DNA of 64,000 bases from Arenicellales bacterium (GTDB taxonomy: Bacteria > Pseudomonadota > Gammaproteobacteria > Arenicellales > JAJDZL01), in assembly GCA_951813075.1 (NCBI GenBank), contig OX638343.1, forward strand, positions 2,743,999 to 2,807,998, written 5' to 3'. Positions within the stretch are counted from its first letter, which is position 1. Every line of letters begins with the position of its first letter. Positions 41,976 to 50,708 of the stretch are shown piece by piece. The notes under the pieces are model-generated. The model made no database searches. It was not told the DNA's origin and saw only the letters and a list, made by a program, of their open reading frames with translations. A program made the position numbers and the translations under genes.

Positions 41976-42305
41976 ACAGCGTGGCTGCGCTCATCGCGGT
42001 GATCGGCGCAGTGAATTGTGGAACCGTTTCAAGTCGGGGAAATTGCATTGGTGAGATTGTGAACTGATGACGGAAAGGGCGATGCCTGCACAGGAAGAAC
42101 CCGGGTAATTCTTCGACAGCATGCAAGCCGCACATTAGATAAGGATCCTGTGCGCGAAAATAATCATGGCTCGGGGAAGGATTAAAGTGTCCCCCAATAG
42201 ACTGAGCCGGATATAAGACCGCAACCCAATCTGATCATCGCTTTGAAATCCTAGGCTTGCAAATCGGCAGGATTCCAAATAAAAATTGCTGGTGCATATA
42301 CGCAG

Positions 42306-44009
42306 TTATCGACTCACCGACCAGTTTTCGACCCAGAGTGTTGTTGTAGATGTATTCCCGGTAGGTTCCACGCCATTGAGCCACTTGGGAATGATGAATG
42401 GCGATGCGCGGTAATAAAGTGGTATGACTGGAAGGTCAGAGACATACAAATTCTGAATTTCAGCAAATAGTTTCAGGCGCTTTTCACGTTCCAGGGTGAC
42501 TTCTACCTCATCAATCAGACGATCCATTTCAGCGTTTCGGTAGCCCGGGATGTTTGATCCTACCCAATTGTTGTCCTCACTTGGGATCTCGACGGAATGC
42601 AAGGTGGTTCTGGGTGAGCTCTCCGGGTCGCTGATCCAGGCGTACATAGCCAATCCCGGAAATTGTCGTTTGCCAATCGTATCGCCAAAAAATACCCTAG
42701 CTGGTTCATTTCGCACTCGAACATCGATTCCGACCTGCTTCCACTGGGCTTGCAGAACCTGCTGCACCGCTTCCCTGACTCGAGACCCGGATGTGGTTCC
42801 GAATTCAAGCCGCAAAGGTTCACCATCATCGTTGTAGCGAGAACCATCTTCAGATTCTGTCCAAGCTCTTCCATCTTCAAAGGGTGTAGCATTACTCCAA
42901 CCGGCTTCCGTCAGCAAGTCCGATGCCTTTGCGGGATCATATGAATATTTATTAATGTCTTTGTTGTAGGTCTGGTCGAGAGGGCTGATAAAACTATCGG
43001 CAACTTGCTGATGTCCGCCGAACAGCTGCTCGCTGATTGCCTGTCGGTCTATGGCGTAGATGAGCGCCTTACGAATTCGGGGATCAGCCAAAATAGGATT
43101 GTCGAGATTTATATCGATATGCTCATAGACCAATCCGGGTCGAAATATAAAATCGTAGTCGTCCGGGTGACGCTTCTGGATTGCCAGCGCCTGATCGAGA
43201 GTGACACCCAGCGCGCCTGAGATGTAGTCAATTGAGCCCGACAGCAAATTGGCTTCAAGTGCAGCGGTGTTTTCGATGATCCGAATGATGATTTTTGCGA
43301 AATGAGGCGTTTTTCCATACCAAGTGTCATTTCTCACAAATTCAATGTATGCTCCTGGCTCCACTTTGGAGATTCGATAAGGTCCGAAGTAAAGTCCGGA
43401 ATTGTAGGTATCGTTATCGTATGTGTTCCTATTTCTGTAATTGGACGGATCGGCGTATGCCGCACGGTCAATGTGTTCGGGAACAAGGTACAGACCAAGT
43501 TCGTTGTATTTGTAGTCGACGCGATCCATCTGCAGAGTGAATGTCTTGTCATCAACGACGTCAACAGACAGCACCCGGCGGTAGAATTCAGCACCCAGGA
43601 CTCCGCTTTCGGGATTTTTCCCTATTTCAATTGTGTATTCGACATCCCGCGTGGTTACTGGCGTTCCATCACCCCACGTCGCATCCGGCTGCAAGGTATA
43701 GGTCACCGCAATTCCCTGTTTACCGTCTCCCAGATCGGTAAACTCAGCACCACCGTTTTCCATAGTCGGTAACGTCGTGCACAGCATGCAGACAAGATTC
43801 CATTCTTTGTCGTAAGCGGTGAGCGGGCGCATTGTGAGGTTGAGTGCGTAGAATTTAGCCAGCATGGATTCGAAATTTGGGTGAAATGATGCTGGAAACT
43901 GAGACATTCCAATTACCAGCGTATCTTTCTCGGTAGCAGGTGATGGTGGTACGACTACGAAAAGAAAGACGAAACCCAGAGTCAGCGCGCGAATTCTTTT
44001 ATATGACAT
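42306..44009 (-). CDS. ABC transporter substrate-binding protein, family 5 (peptide/nickel/opine type), orphan
   Basis: ORF trimmed to the Met that opens a signal-like N-terminus (MSYKRIRALTLGFVFLFVVVPPSPA). The 567 aa have OppA/DppA-like organisation. No permease or ATPase genes are adjacent. Confidence 0.85.
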   Translation of the reverse strand: MSYKRIRALTLGFVFLFVVVPPSPATEKDTLVIGMSQFPASFHPNFESMLAKFYALNLTMRPLTAYDKEWNLVCMLCTTLPTMENGGAEFTDLGDGKQGIAVTYTLQPDATWGDGTPVTTRDVEYTIEIGKNPESGVLGAEFYRRVLSVDVVDDKTFTLQMDRVDYKYNELGLYLVPEHIDRAAYADPSNYRNRNTYDNDTYNSGLYFGPYRISKVEPGAYIEFVRNDTWYGKTPHFAKIIIRIIENTAALEANLLSGSIDYISGALGVTLDQALAIQKRHPDDYDFIFRPGLVYEHIDINLDNPILADPRIRKALIYAIDRQAISEQLFGGHQQVADSFISPLDQTYNKDINKYSYDPAKASDLLTEAGWSNATPFEDGRAWTESEDGSRYNDDGEPLRLEFGTTSGSRVREAVQQVLQAQWKQVGIDVRVRNEPARVFFGDTIGKRQFPGLAMYAWISDPESSPRTTLHSVEIPSEDNNWVGSNIPGYRNAEMDRLIDEVEVTLEREKRLKLFAEIQNLYVSDLPVIPLYYRASPFIIPKWLNGVEPTGNTSTTTLWVENWSVSR

Positions 44010-44130
44010 GGTAAACACTCCGACGAGTCGTATAGTAGCTTTATAAGATTTATTATAGGCACCGATTTCGTCGACAATATTGAACAGTTCAATATGGGAA
44101 AGTATGTATTCGACAATATTGAACGAACTT

Positions 44131-44895
44131 ATGAAGACAGGGACTGCCATTAAAATAGGTATCAGCGGTTGTCTGATTGGTGAGAAGGTACGCTACAACG
44201 GTGGACACAAGCGAAACTCAATGATCGTTGATTCGCTGGCGGCGGTTGCGACACTGATACCCATCTGCCCTGAAGTTGAGTTGGGTATGGGAGTTCCGCG
44301 GCCGCCACTCGCGCTCGTCAAGGATATGTCGGGCGATGTTCGAATGATCACCCGCGATGGTGGAAGCCAGGATTTCACGATTCGGATGGAACAATTCGCA
44401 GTTCAAATCTGCAACGACCGCCTATCTGGAATAAGCGGTTACATATTCAAAGCGAGGTCTCCGAGTTGCGCAGTCGGTGACATACCTGTTCACAATCTAC
44501 GAGGCGATGTTGTACTGGAAAACTCTTTTGGCCTTTATGCCCGCGGCATTCATCAGATGATGCCGAATCTTCCGATCACCGACGAAATAAGACTTGCTAC
44601 ACCTGCCGACGTAGACTATTTTGTCGAACGTGCGTTTGTCTATCGAGCCTGGCTCAGGAGTCGGGTCCAGACAGAGAAAGATTTAAGGAATTTCCACCGA
44701 CAAGTTCGTTCACACGCGGCAGCGAGATGTGAAACTTTCGCGACCGAACTCGATCAGCTGGTTGATGGCACCGGAATCGAAGATTCGACTGCGCTTGTTG
44801 AACGCTACATCGCGGAACTGATGAGAGGTCTCGAAACACCCGTAACTGAAGCAGGTCACGTTAAAGAAATTCGATCGGATTTTGATTCGACATGA
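44131..44895 (+). CDS. DUF523 (TudS-like 2-thiouracil desulfurase fold) fused to DUF1722 (YbgA-like)
   Basis: About 254 aa. The N-terminal part, IKIGISGCLIGEKVRYNGGHK ... LIPICPEVELGMGVPRPP ... KARSPSC, shows the three-Cys pattern of DUF523. The C-terminal helical part is YbgA-like. Confidence 0.7.
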   Translation: MKTGTAIKIGISGCLIGEKVRYNGGHKRNSMIVDSLAAVATLIPICPEVELGMGVPRPPLALVKDMSGDVRMITRDGGSQDFTIRMEQFAVQICNDRLSGISGYIFKARSPSCAVGDIPVHNLRGDVVLENSFGLYARGIHQMMPNLPITDEIRLATPADVDYFVERAFVYRAWLRSRVQTEKDLRNFHRQVRSHAAARCETFATELDQLVDGTGIEDSTALVERYIAELMRGLETPVTEAGHVKEIRSDFDST

Positions 44896-45123
44896 GCGGT
44901 TTCAAATAACCTTGAAGTGCTGACTGGTACTGACGCAGTCAATTGATTGAGTTTAAATTGAAGATATCAATTAAAGTGAACTGAGGGCGCTCCAACACTT
45001 AGCATTAATTAACTATTGCTAATGATAGCGAAATTCAATATAGTCCGATCTATAAGAAAGCTGAGAGCACAAAAATACGATTCAAAACTGAGATTACAAG
45101 TTTGCGATAACTGGAGGGAAAAT

Positions 45124-46491
45124 ATGATGAAGAGAATAATTTATCTAGCCATGGCTGCGGTAATACCATTGGCATCGGTGTTCACCGTCAAGGCCGACGA
45201 GACTTGCATGTCTCCATATATTGCCAAAATTACTGGCCAGGAAGATTATGTTTATGTCTGGACACTAGGAGTTGAGGGTATTGGAGACGAGCAGGATAAA
45301 TTAGTCACAATTGATGCAAATCCGAGTTCTGACACTTATGGTACCGTAGTCAATGTACTGTCGGTAGGTGGGCGCAACGAAGCACATCATTCAGGATTGT
45401 CCGATGATCGCAAGTATCTTTGGGCGGGTGGTTTGGATACCAATCAGATCTTTATCTTCGACATTCACAGCGACCCGCGTACACCGACGCTGCATAAGGT
45501 TATCACCGATTTTACAGATAAATCCGGTGGTTTGGTTGGGCCACACACATTCTATGCTTTGCCTGGCCGAATGTTGGTAACCGCACTGTCCAATAACGTT
45601 GATCATGGTGGCCGCACCGGAATGGCGGAATACAACAACGCTGGTGAATTCATAGCGACGCATTGGATGCCCACTGATTCCGATTTACGTGGTGCCACCA
45701 AATCCGGTCAGTTCGCAGATGGCTACGGTTACGATGTCCGTGTGAAAGCAGACATGAATGTAATGCTCACCTCTTCTTTTACCGGCTGGTCCAACTACAT
45801 GATGGACTTCGGTCAGATGTTGCAGGATGGTGCGGCAATGCAACGTTTCGGGAACACAATGATCGTATGGGACATGCATGCAAGACAACCCAAGAAGGTG
45901 CTTGATGTTCCCGGCACTCCACTGGAAATACGTTGCGCCTGGGATCCGAGCAACCGGTATTGTTTCACCAGTACGGCTTTGACTTCGCAGATCTGGTTGA
46001 TTTACGAAGACGATCAAGGCGAGTGGCAAGCCAAGGCGGTTGCCGACATAGGCGATCCCTCGTCGATACCTTTACCTGTCGATATATCCATCACATCAGA
46101 TGACAAGGGTTTGTGGGTCGATACCTTCCTCGAAGGGAAGGCGAGATATTACGATATTTCAGATCCACATGCGCCGAAGCAGGTGTATGAGAAAGTGATC
46201 GGCAAGCAGATCAATATGGTCTCACAAAGCTGGGATGGCAAACGGGTGTATTTCTCAAGTTCACTGTTGGGGAATTGGGACAAACTCGGAGACGATGACG
46301 AACAGTATGTGAAGCTATATCATTGGGATGGCGAACAATTGGACCACAAATGGACCGTCGATTTCTATGCAGAAGGACTTGGTCGCGCTCACCAGATGCG
46401 GTTTGGTTCATACGCGCTTTACGGAAAGATCAACCCCAATACCAAACTCGCGAAAATTGACGAAATCAAAGTCAATGGTGGATTGAACTGA
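45124..46491 (+). CDS. mtoX: Selenium-binding protein (SBP56) family protein; probable periplasmic methanethiol oxidase
   Basis: Start set at the ATG after ggaggg. It has a signal peptide (MMKRIIYLAMAAVIPLASVFTVKA). It aligns by eye with SELENBP1/MtoX blocks: EAHHSGLS, IFIFDIHSDPRTPTLHKVI, PLEIRCAWDP, ARYYDISDPHAPK, SWDGKRVYFSSSLLGNWDK. Confidence 0.8.
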   Translation: MMKRIIYLAMAAVIPLASVFTVKADETCMSPYIAKITGQEDYVYVWTLGVEGIGDEQDKLVTIDANPSSDTYGTVVNVLSVGGRNEAHHSGLSDDRKYLWAGGLDTNQIFIFDIHSDPRTPTLHKVITDFTDKSGGLVGPHTFYALPGRMLVTALSNNVDHGGRTGMAEYNNAGEFIATHWMPTDSDLRGATKSGQFADGYGYDVRVKADMNVMLTSSFTGWSNYMMDFGQMLQDGAAMQRFGNTMIVWDMHARQPKKVLDVPGTPLEIRCAWDPSNRYCFTSTALTSQIWLIYEDDQGEWQAKAVADIGDPSSIPLPVDISITSDDKGLWVDTFLEGKARYYDISDPHAPKQVYEKVIGKQINMVSQSWDGKRVYFSSSLLGNWDKLGDDDEQYVKLYHWDGEQLDHKWTVDFYAEGLGRAHQMRFGSYALYGKINPNTKLAKIDEIKVNGGLN

Positions 46492-46564
46492 TCTGGTTCG
46501 ATAGTGCCAGATTTTGGTTGGGATGTCAGTGAAGTCAGGGGAAACCACTAGAGCAGTCGAATTA

Positions 46565-47248
46565 ATGAAATCCGTACGAGTACGACAGATTTTGTTGGTG
46601 TTCGTACTATCTTTGTCATGTACGGCTGCTCTGGTTCATTCCGCGTCCAGAGGACCTGGTTGGGGCGAGTTATCCTATGAACCGCCAGCCGCGGGCACTT
46701 ACCAATTGCCCGTGATCATGTCCGCCACCAATGGTGTGGTGTTGAAAGACGACCACTCGACGGCAAATCTATTCGATCTCATGTCTGATCGAATCGTCTT
46801 TTTAAGTTTCATTTTCACCCGCTGTTCGGATGTCAATGGATGTCCGCTGGCGAATGCAGTTCTTTACAAAGTGCAGTCCAGAATCAATCAACGTCCGGAA
46901 TTGGCCAAAGATGTTGCTTTGCTGTCGATTTCATTCGACCCGGAATTTGATACGCCAGAGATCATTTCCGCTTTGAAGAAATCGTTTCAAAGGGGTGTTG
47001 TCGACTGGGAATTTCTGACGACGGACAACCAAAGTAATTTGCAGCCGATACTGGACGGATATGGTCAATTCGCTGTTCGGCCTCATGATGAGCATGGAGT
47101 GCAAATGGACGAGTATGTCCATTTGCTTCGGGTTTATCTGATCGATAAAAAGCGACATGTTCGCAACATCTATAGTGTTTCTTTTCTGCACCCCGATATC
47201 CTGATGAACGATTTGGAGACTCTGTTGCTGGAATCTCAACTTGAATGA
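46565..47248 (+). CDS. SCO1/SenC-family copper chaperone / thiol-disulfide protein
   Basis: ORF trimmed to MKSVRVRQILLVFVLSLSCTAALVHS (signal or anchor). It is thioredoxin-like with FIFTRCSDVNGCPL and a downstream His (VHLLRVYLID). Confidence 0.75.
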   Translation: MKSVRVRQILLVFVLSLSCTAALVHSASRGPGWGELSYEPPAAGTYQLPVIMSATNGVVLKDDHSTANLFDLMSDRIVFLSFIFTRCSDVNGCPLANAVLYKVQSRINQRPELAKDVALLSISFDPEFDTPEIISALKKSFQRGVVDWEFLTTDNQSNLQPILDGYGQFAVRPHDEHGVQMDEYVHLLRVYLIDKKRHVRNIYSVSFLHPDILMNDLETLLLESQLE

Positions 47249-47254
47249 TGTCTG

Positions 47255-48622
47255 ATGTGGTACAAATCTCGATTTTTGTCATTCGGCTGTTCAGTAGGCG
47301 GAGTCCTATGTTTGCTGGTTGCTGTGCAAACTTTCTCCAATACCAGTGGAGTACTGGAAAGCGACCAAAATTTTGATGCCAGCCAGGCTTTCGGGCCGGG
47401 TGATGTGAAGGAAGGATACGAGAGCGAAGAGTATCGCACTCATTCCAGAAGTTTGCTGGAGAGACGTGGTGTCAAGCAAGACCTGATTCGATACGTTGAA
47501 GACCCGCCTCTGGGACTTCCGCAGGTTGTGCTCCCTGAGGAAAATCCGATCACTCGCAAAAAGATCGACCTCGGGCGAAAACTGTTCTTCGATCGGCGTC
47601 TTTCGATCAACAACACATTGTCCTGTGCGGTGTGTCATATTCCTGAGCAAGGTTTCACAAACAACGAAATCAGCACAGCCGTCGGCGTAGAAGGGCGTTC
47701 AGTTTTGCGCAATGCTCCCACTTTATTCAACATCGCATACCAAGAACACCTATTTCTCGATGGCCGGGAAATCAGTCTTGAGAACCAGGTCTGGCAACCC
47801 ATCACAGCCCGAAATGAAATGGCTGCTCCGTCGATTGGATACGTAATCAAAAAAATTCGCAAGATTCAGGATTACGATGGGTTATTTGAAGCGGCTTTCG
47901 ATAGCCGGGGACCGGACATTGCAACAATCGGATTTGCACTGGCAAGTTACCAAAGGACACTGCTTTCCGGCAATTCACCGTTTGATCGCTGGTTTTATGG
48001 TGGACAGATCGATGCGATCAGCGAATCTGCAAAAAATGGCTTTGAAGTATTCTCTGGGAAAGGGCAATGCATCGTCTGTCACCGAGTGCAGGAAGACCAT
48101 GCGTTGTTCGTTGACCATGACTTTCATAACACTGGAATCGGGTTTGCGGTATCAACCGGTAAGTCGTCAGCAACTGATAATCTAACTACGCGGGTTCAGC
48201 TGGCACCCGGCATTTTTGCGGATGTTCCGAATCAAACAATTTTGTCCGTCTCAAGAAACAGAAATACCAACGACCTGGGACTATATCGAATTACTGAAAA
48301 TCCGAATGATCGCTGGAAGTTTCGTACCCAGACTCTTCGGAATATCGCATTGACCGCACCTTATATGCATAACGGACAGTTCAATACGCTCAAGGAAGTT
48401 ATTCAGTTCTACAACGAAGGCGGAATTCCCAATGAACTTTTGTCGCCATTTATTCGTCCGCTGAATTTGTCCGAATCGGAAATCAGTGACTTGGAAGAAT
48501 TTCTGCTGACTTTGACTGGCAGTAATGTACCTGATCTGGTGGCCGACGCATTTGCCGCCGAAATTGGGGATATCGGTACTGAAGATCCGAAATGGCCACA
48601 CAAAAACACTTTGGGATTCTGA
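47255..48622 (+). CDS. Di-haem cytochrome c peroxidase / MauG-family protein
   Basis: 455 aa with an N-terminal signal or anchor. It has two CxxCH haem motifs (CAVCH, CIVCH) and a CCP/MauG-like block (YMHNGQFNTLKEVIQFY). Confidence 0.8.
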   Translation: MWYKSRFLSFGCSVGGVLCLLVAVQTFSNTSGVLESDQNFDASQAFGPGDVKEGYESEEYRTHSRSLLERRGVKQDLIRYVEDPPLGLPQVVLPEENPITRKKIDLGRKLFFDRRLSINNTLSCAVCHIPEQGFTNNEISTAVGVEGRSVLRNAPTLFNIAYQEHLFLDGREISLENQVWQPITARNEMAAPSIGYVIKKIRKIQDYDGLFEAAFDSRGPDIATIGFALASYQRTLLSGNSPFDRWFYGGQIDAISESAKNGFEVFSGKGQCIVCHRVQEDHALFVDHDFHNTGIGFAVSTGKSSATDNLTTRVQLAPGIFADVPNQTILSVSRNRNTNDLGLYRITENPNDRWKFRTQTLRNIALTAPYMHNGQFNTLKEVIQFYNEGGIPNELLSPFIRPLNLSESEISDLEEFLLTLTGSNVPDLVADAFAAEIGDIGTEDPKWPHKNTLGF

Positions 48623-49206
48623 TTTCAAGTTGTTCGACAAGACTTTTGATTCAAGCGTCATTTGGGTAACGAAGAAATCTTTATCGATTGCTGAAGTTTC
48701 AGTTCGTCGGTTGATTTTCGTCAGATTCGATGATAGTCGACAATGACACCACAAGCGTGCTGATAGGGCGGGCCATATCGGTACAAATTGGTGTCATTCG
48801 CGTATAATGTGAACAATTAACATGCGTATGTCGCTATCCTTTGAAATTCAGCACATCAAAATAGTAGTGTAGATTTCAAGCGTAGCAAACCGCAATGAAT
48901 TGTGGTGCCATTGGAGTCATTTTGTTGCCGCAACCACGTTAATATTCTGGTAATAATGCTAAACGGGGCGCGGTCCAATTTTCATAGATACACCAGAAGC
49001 GATGGCAAATCCGGCTAAATCCATGACACCGGTAGTAATCAGAAATCCTGAAACCAAAATGGGAAGATTTTATTGACATGACAATCGGGCAATGCGGTGT
49101 CTTGGCGCGGGTGAATATCGAGCCTGACAAGGAAATTTCGAAACTACTGCCAATCAAGCTCTATCTTTGCGGTTCGCATGTCGAGCGCTGAATAGCGGCC
49201 TGATCG

Positions 49207-49605
49207 ATGGTTCAGTTTACTCTTGACATCAGCGATTTGAAACCTGAATTGGGTCGATTAGTTGAAGACATCTTCGAGGATTTCTCTCGCCCTTTCAGGA
49301 CTTTCCTATAGCATGAGGATTACACAACAGCGATCGATGTCGACCCGAACTGCATCATCTCGAAAATATTCCGATTCCGCGAAGCAACCATATGTCCTGG
49401 CTACTATTGTCGGATGGACTAGCAGAACTTTGACGATTATCACCAAAAGTACTTCGTCAATTCAAAGTCCGGTTGTGATGCCGGCGAGTGGATGGCTTGG
49501 AAAGTTCTATATGTCCAGTAGGTTAGGTACAGCGGTGAAGAGCCTGCCGATATTGCAACCATCGCAGTCAAGTCTGATCGTTGTTCCAAATTTGGGATTG
49601 GCTGA
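49207..49605 (+). pseudogene. Candidate decayed gene: one reading frame open for 132 codons except for three in-frame TAG codons
   Basis: MVQFTLDISDLKPELGRLVEDIFEDFSRPFRTFL*HEDYTTAIDVDPNC...CRMD*QNFDDYHQKYFVNSKSGCDAGEWMAWKVLYVQ*VRYSGEEPADIATIAVKSD... The TAGs are at 49309, 49420 and 49519, and there is no TAA or TGA in this frame. It ends 34 nt before yhcB. I recognise no homolog. Confidence 0.25.
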
Positions 49606-49638
49606 AGTAGTTGGTCCTCCAAACAAATAGTTGATGCT

Positions 49639-49992
49639 GTGAATTTTGCGACAAGCATAGCGCTGACATTGATCATTGGAGCCGTTGTTGGCGGAGTAGT
49701 CGGATTTTTGATTGCCCGACATCGAAGTCAGGATAGTAGTTCGAAAGCTCAGCTCGAAAAATTACAAAACGAAATGGAAGAGTATCGGGCAAATGTACGT
49801 TCCCACTTCATCGATACGGTGTCTTTGCTGAGCCAGATCGATCAACGACAGAAGCAGTTGCATCAGGCGGTTGCCGAAGGCGTGGTCGACCTATGCGCTT
49901 CGGAAGATAACGAAAGTGACTATCTTCTGGAACAGAGTGTTCACGCGCTCAGCCAGCTCGACCATAGTGACGCGGACAAGCGCAACGGCTAA
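49639..49992 (+). CDS. yhcB: YhcB/ZapG-family (DUF1043) inner-membrane protein
   Basis: 117 aa with a GTG start. It has an N-terminal TM segment (IALTLIIGAVVGGVVGFLIA) and then a coiled-coil (AQLEKLQNEMEEYRANVRSHFIDTVSLL), as in YhcB. Confidence 0.7.
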   Translation: MNFATSIALTLIIGAVVGGVVGFLIARHRSQDSSSKAQLEKLQNEMEEYRANVRSHFIDTVSLLSQIDQRQKQLHQAVAEGVVDLCASEDNESDYLLEQSVHALSQLDHSDADKRNG

Positions 49993-50057
49993 CCTGAATC
50001 AGGAATTCACTGTCTGTTCATTCAGTCCGGTTGGACTGAAAAATGTGAAATTCCAAT

Positions 50058-50402
50058 CTATTCGCTGGAAACGCCTTCTGGCGGACTGTAGGGAAATGGG
50101 AAGGGTGTTACGACGCCTTTTTCTCCGATCGCGTGAATCTTTGCGGAACCTTGCTTTTCAACCTCATCAATACGAATGACGGAATGGATAGGTATGTAAG
50201 TTCGGTTGACGCCGCTGAACTGGGTTTTCAGCTGTTCTTCGCCTGGATTGACGACCAGCGTCGATTGTTCGCCAAAAACGATATCCCCAACCTCAAGAAA
50301 CGCAAAAATATCACTTTGCACGACATGCCGGGCGTACAGTTCAAACACTTTGGACTGGTTATGAAACATAACGCGATACATCTTTTTCTTTTTTGCGGGC
50401 AT
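50058..50402 (-). CDS. DUF1820-family protein
   Basis: 114 aa. MYRVMFHNQSKVFELYARHVVQSDIFAFLEVGDIVFGE...RTYIPIHSVIRIDEV matches my memory of DUF1820 proteins. Confidence 0.6.
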   Translation of the reverse strand: MPAKKKKMYRVMFHNQSKVFELYARHVVQSDIFAFLEVGDIVFGEQSTLVVNPGEEQLKTQFSGVNRTYIPIHSVIRIDEVEKQGSAKIHAIGEKGVVTPFPFPYSPPEGVSSE

Positions 50403-50503
50403 GATGGTGGACGAATCCCTTGTGGACGATTTAATGGAAGTCGAATCTTACGAAATTTTATCAGGTTTGTTTCTGTCAGTTCGCATTTTGGCAATTGTTG
50501 TCG

Positions 50504-50659
50504 CTACCACTCGAATCCAGAGAATCCAAAGTAAATAAGCAATCCGGGAATGATTAGCCAAAGCAATCCTTTGATGAAAAAGAATAGGAATGCAATGGTA
50601 CCAAGTTGCTTGAAGCGTTTTTTGAATTTATCGTTGACTAGAAAAAAAATTGGTTTCAT
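50504..50659 (-). CDS. Possible small membrane protein (51 aa), absent from the ORF track
   Basis: MKPIFFLVNDKFKKRFKQLGTIAFLFFFIKGLLWLIIPGLLIYFGFSGFEW. It has one or two hydrophobic helices and lies on the same strand between the hydrolase and DUF1820 genes. The RBS is weak. Confidence 0.3.
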   Translation of the reverse strand: MKPIFFLVNDKFKKRFKQLGTIAFLFFFIKGLLWLIIPGLLIYFGFSGFEW

Positions 50660-50708
50660 CACAATTCCCCATGTTGAAGAAGTTGCGATTGTGTAATTAT
50701 TAACTCAA

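Noticed and set aside
49464-49472. aaagtccgg, reminiscent of the RNase P RNA conserved region (GGAAAGTCCGGGCUCC)
   Set aside because: The match stops after 9 nt (next is ttgtgatgcc instead of gctcc). None of the other rnpB conserved regions is nearby.
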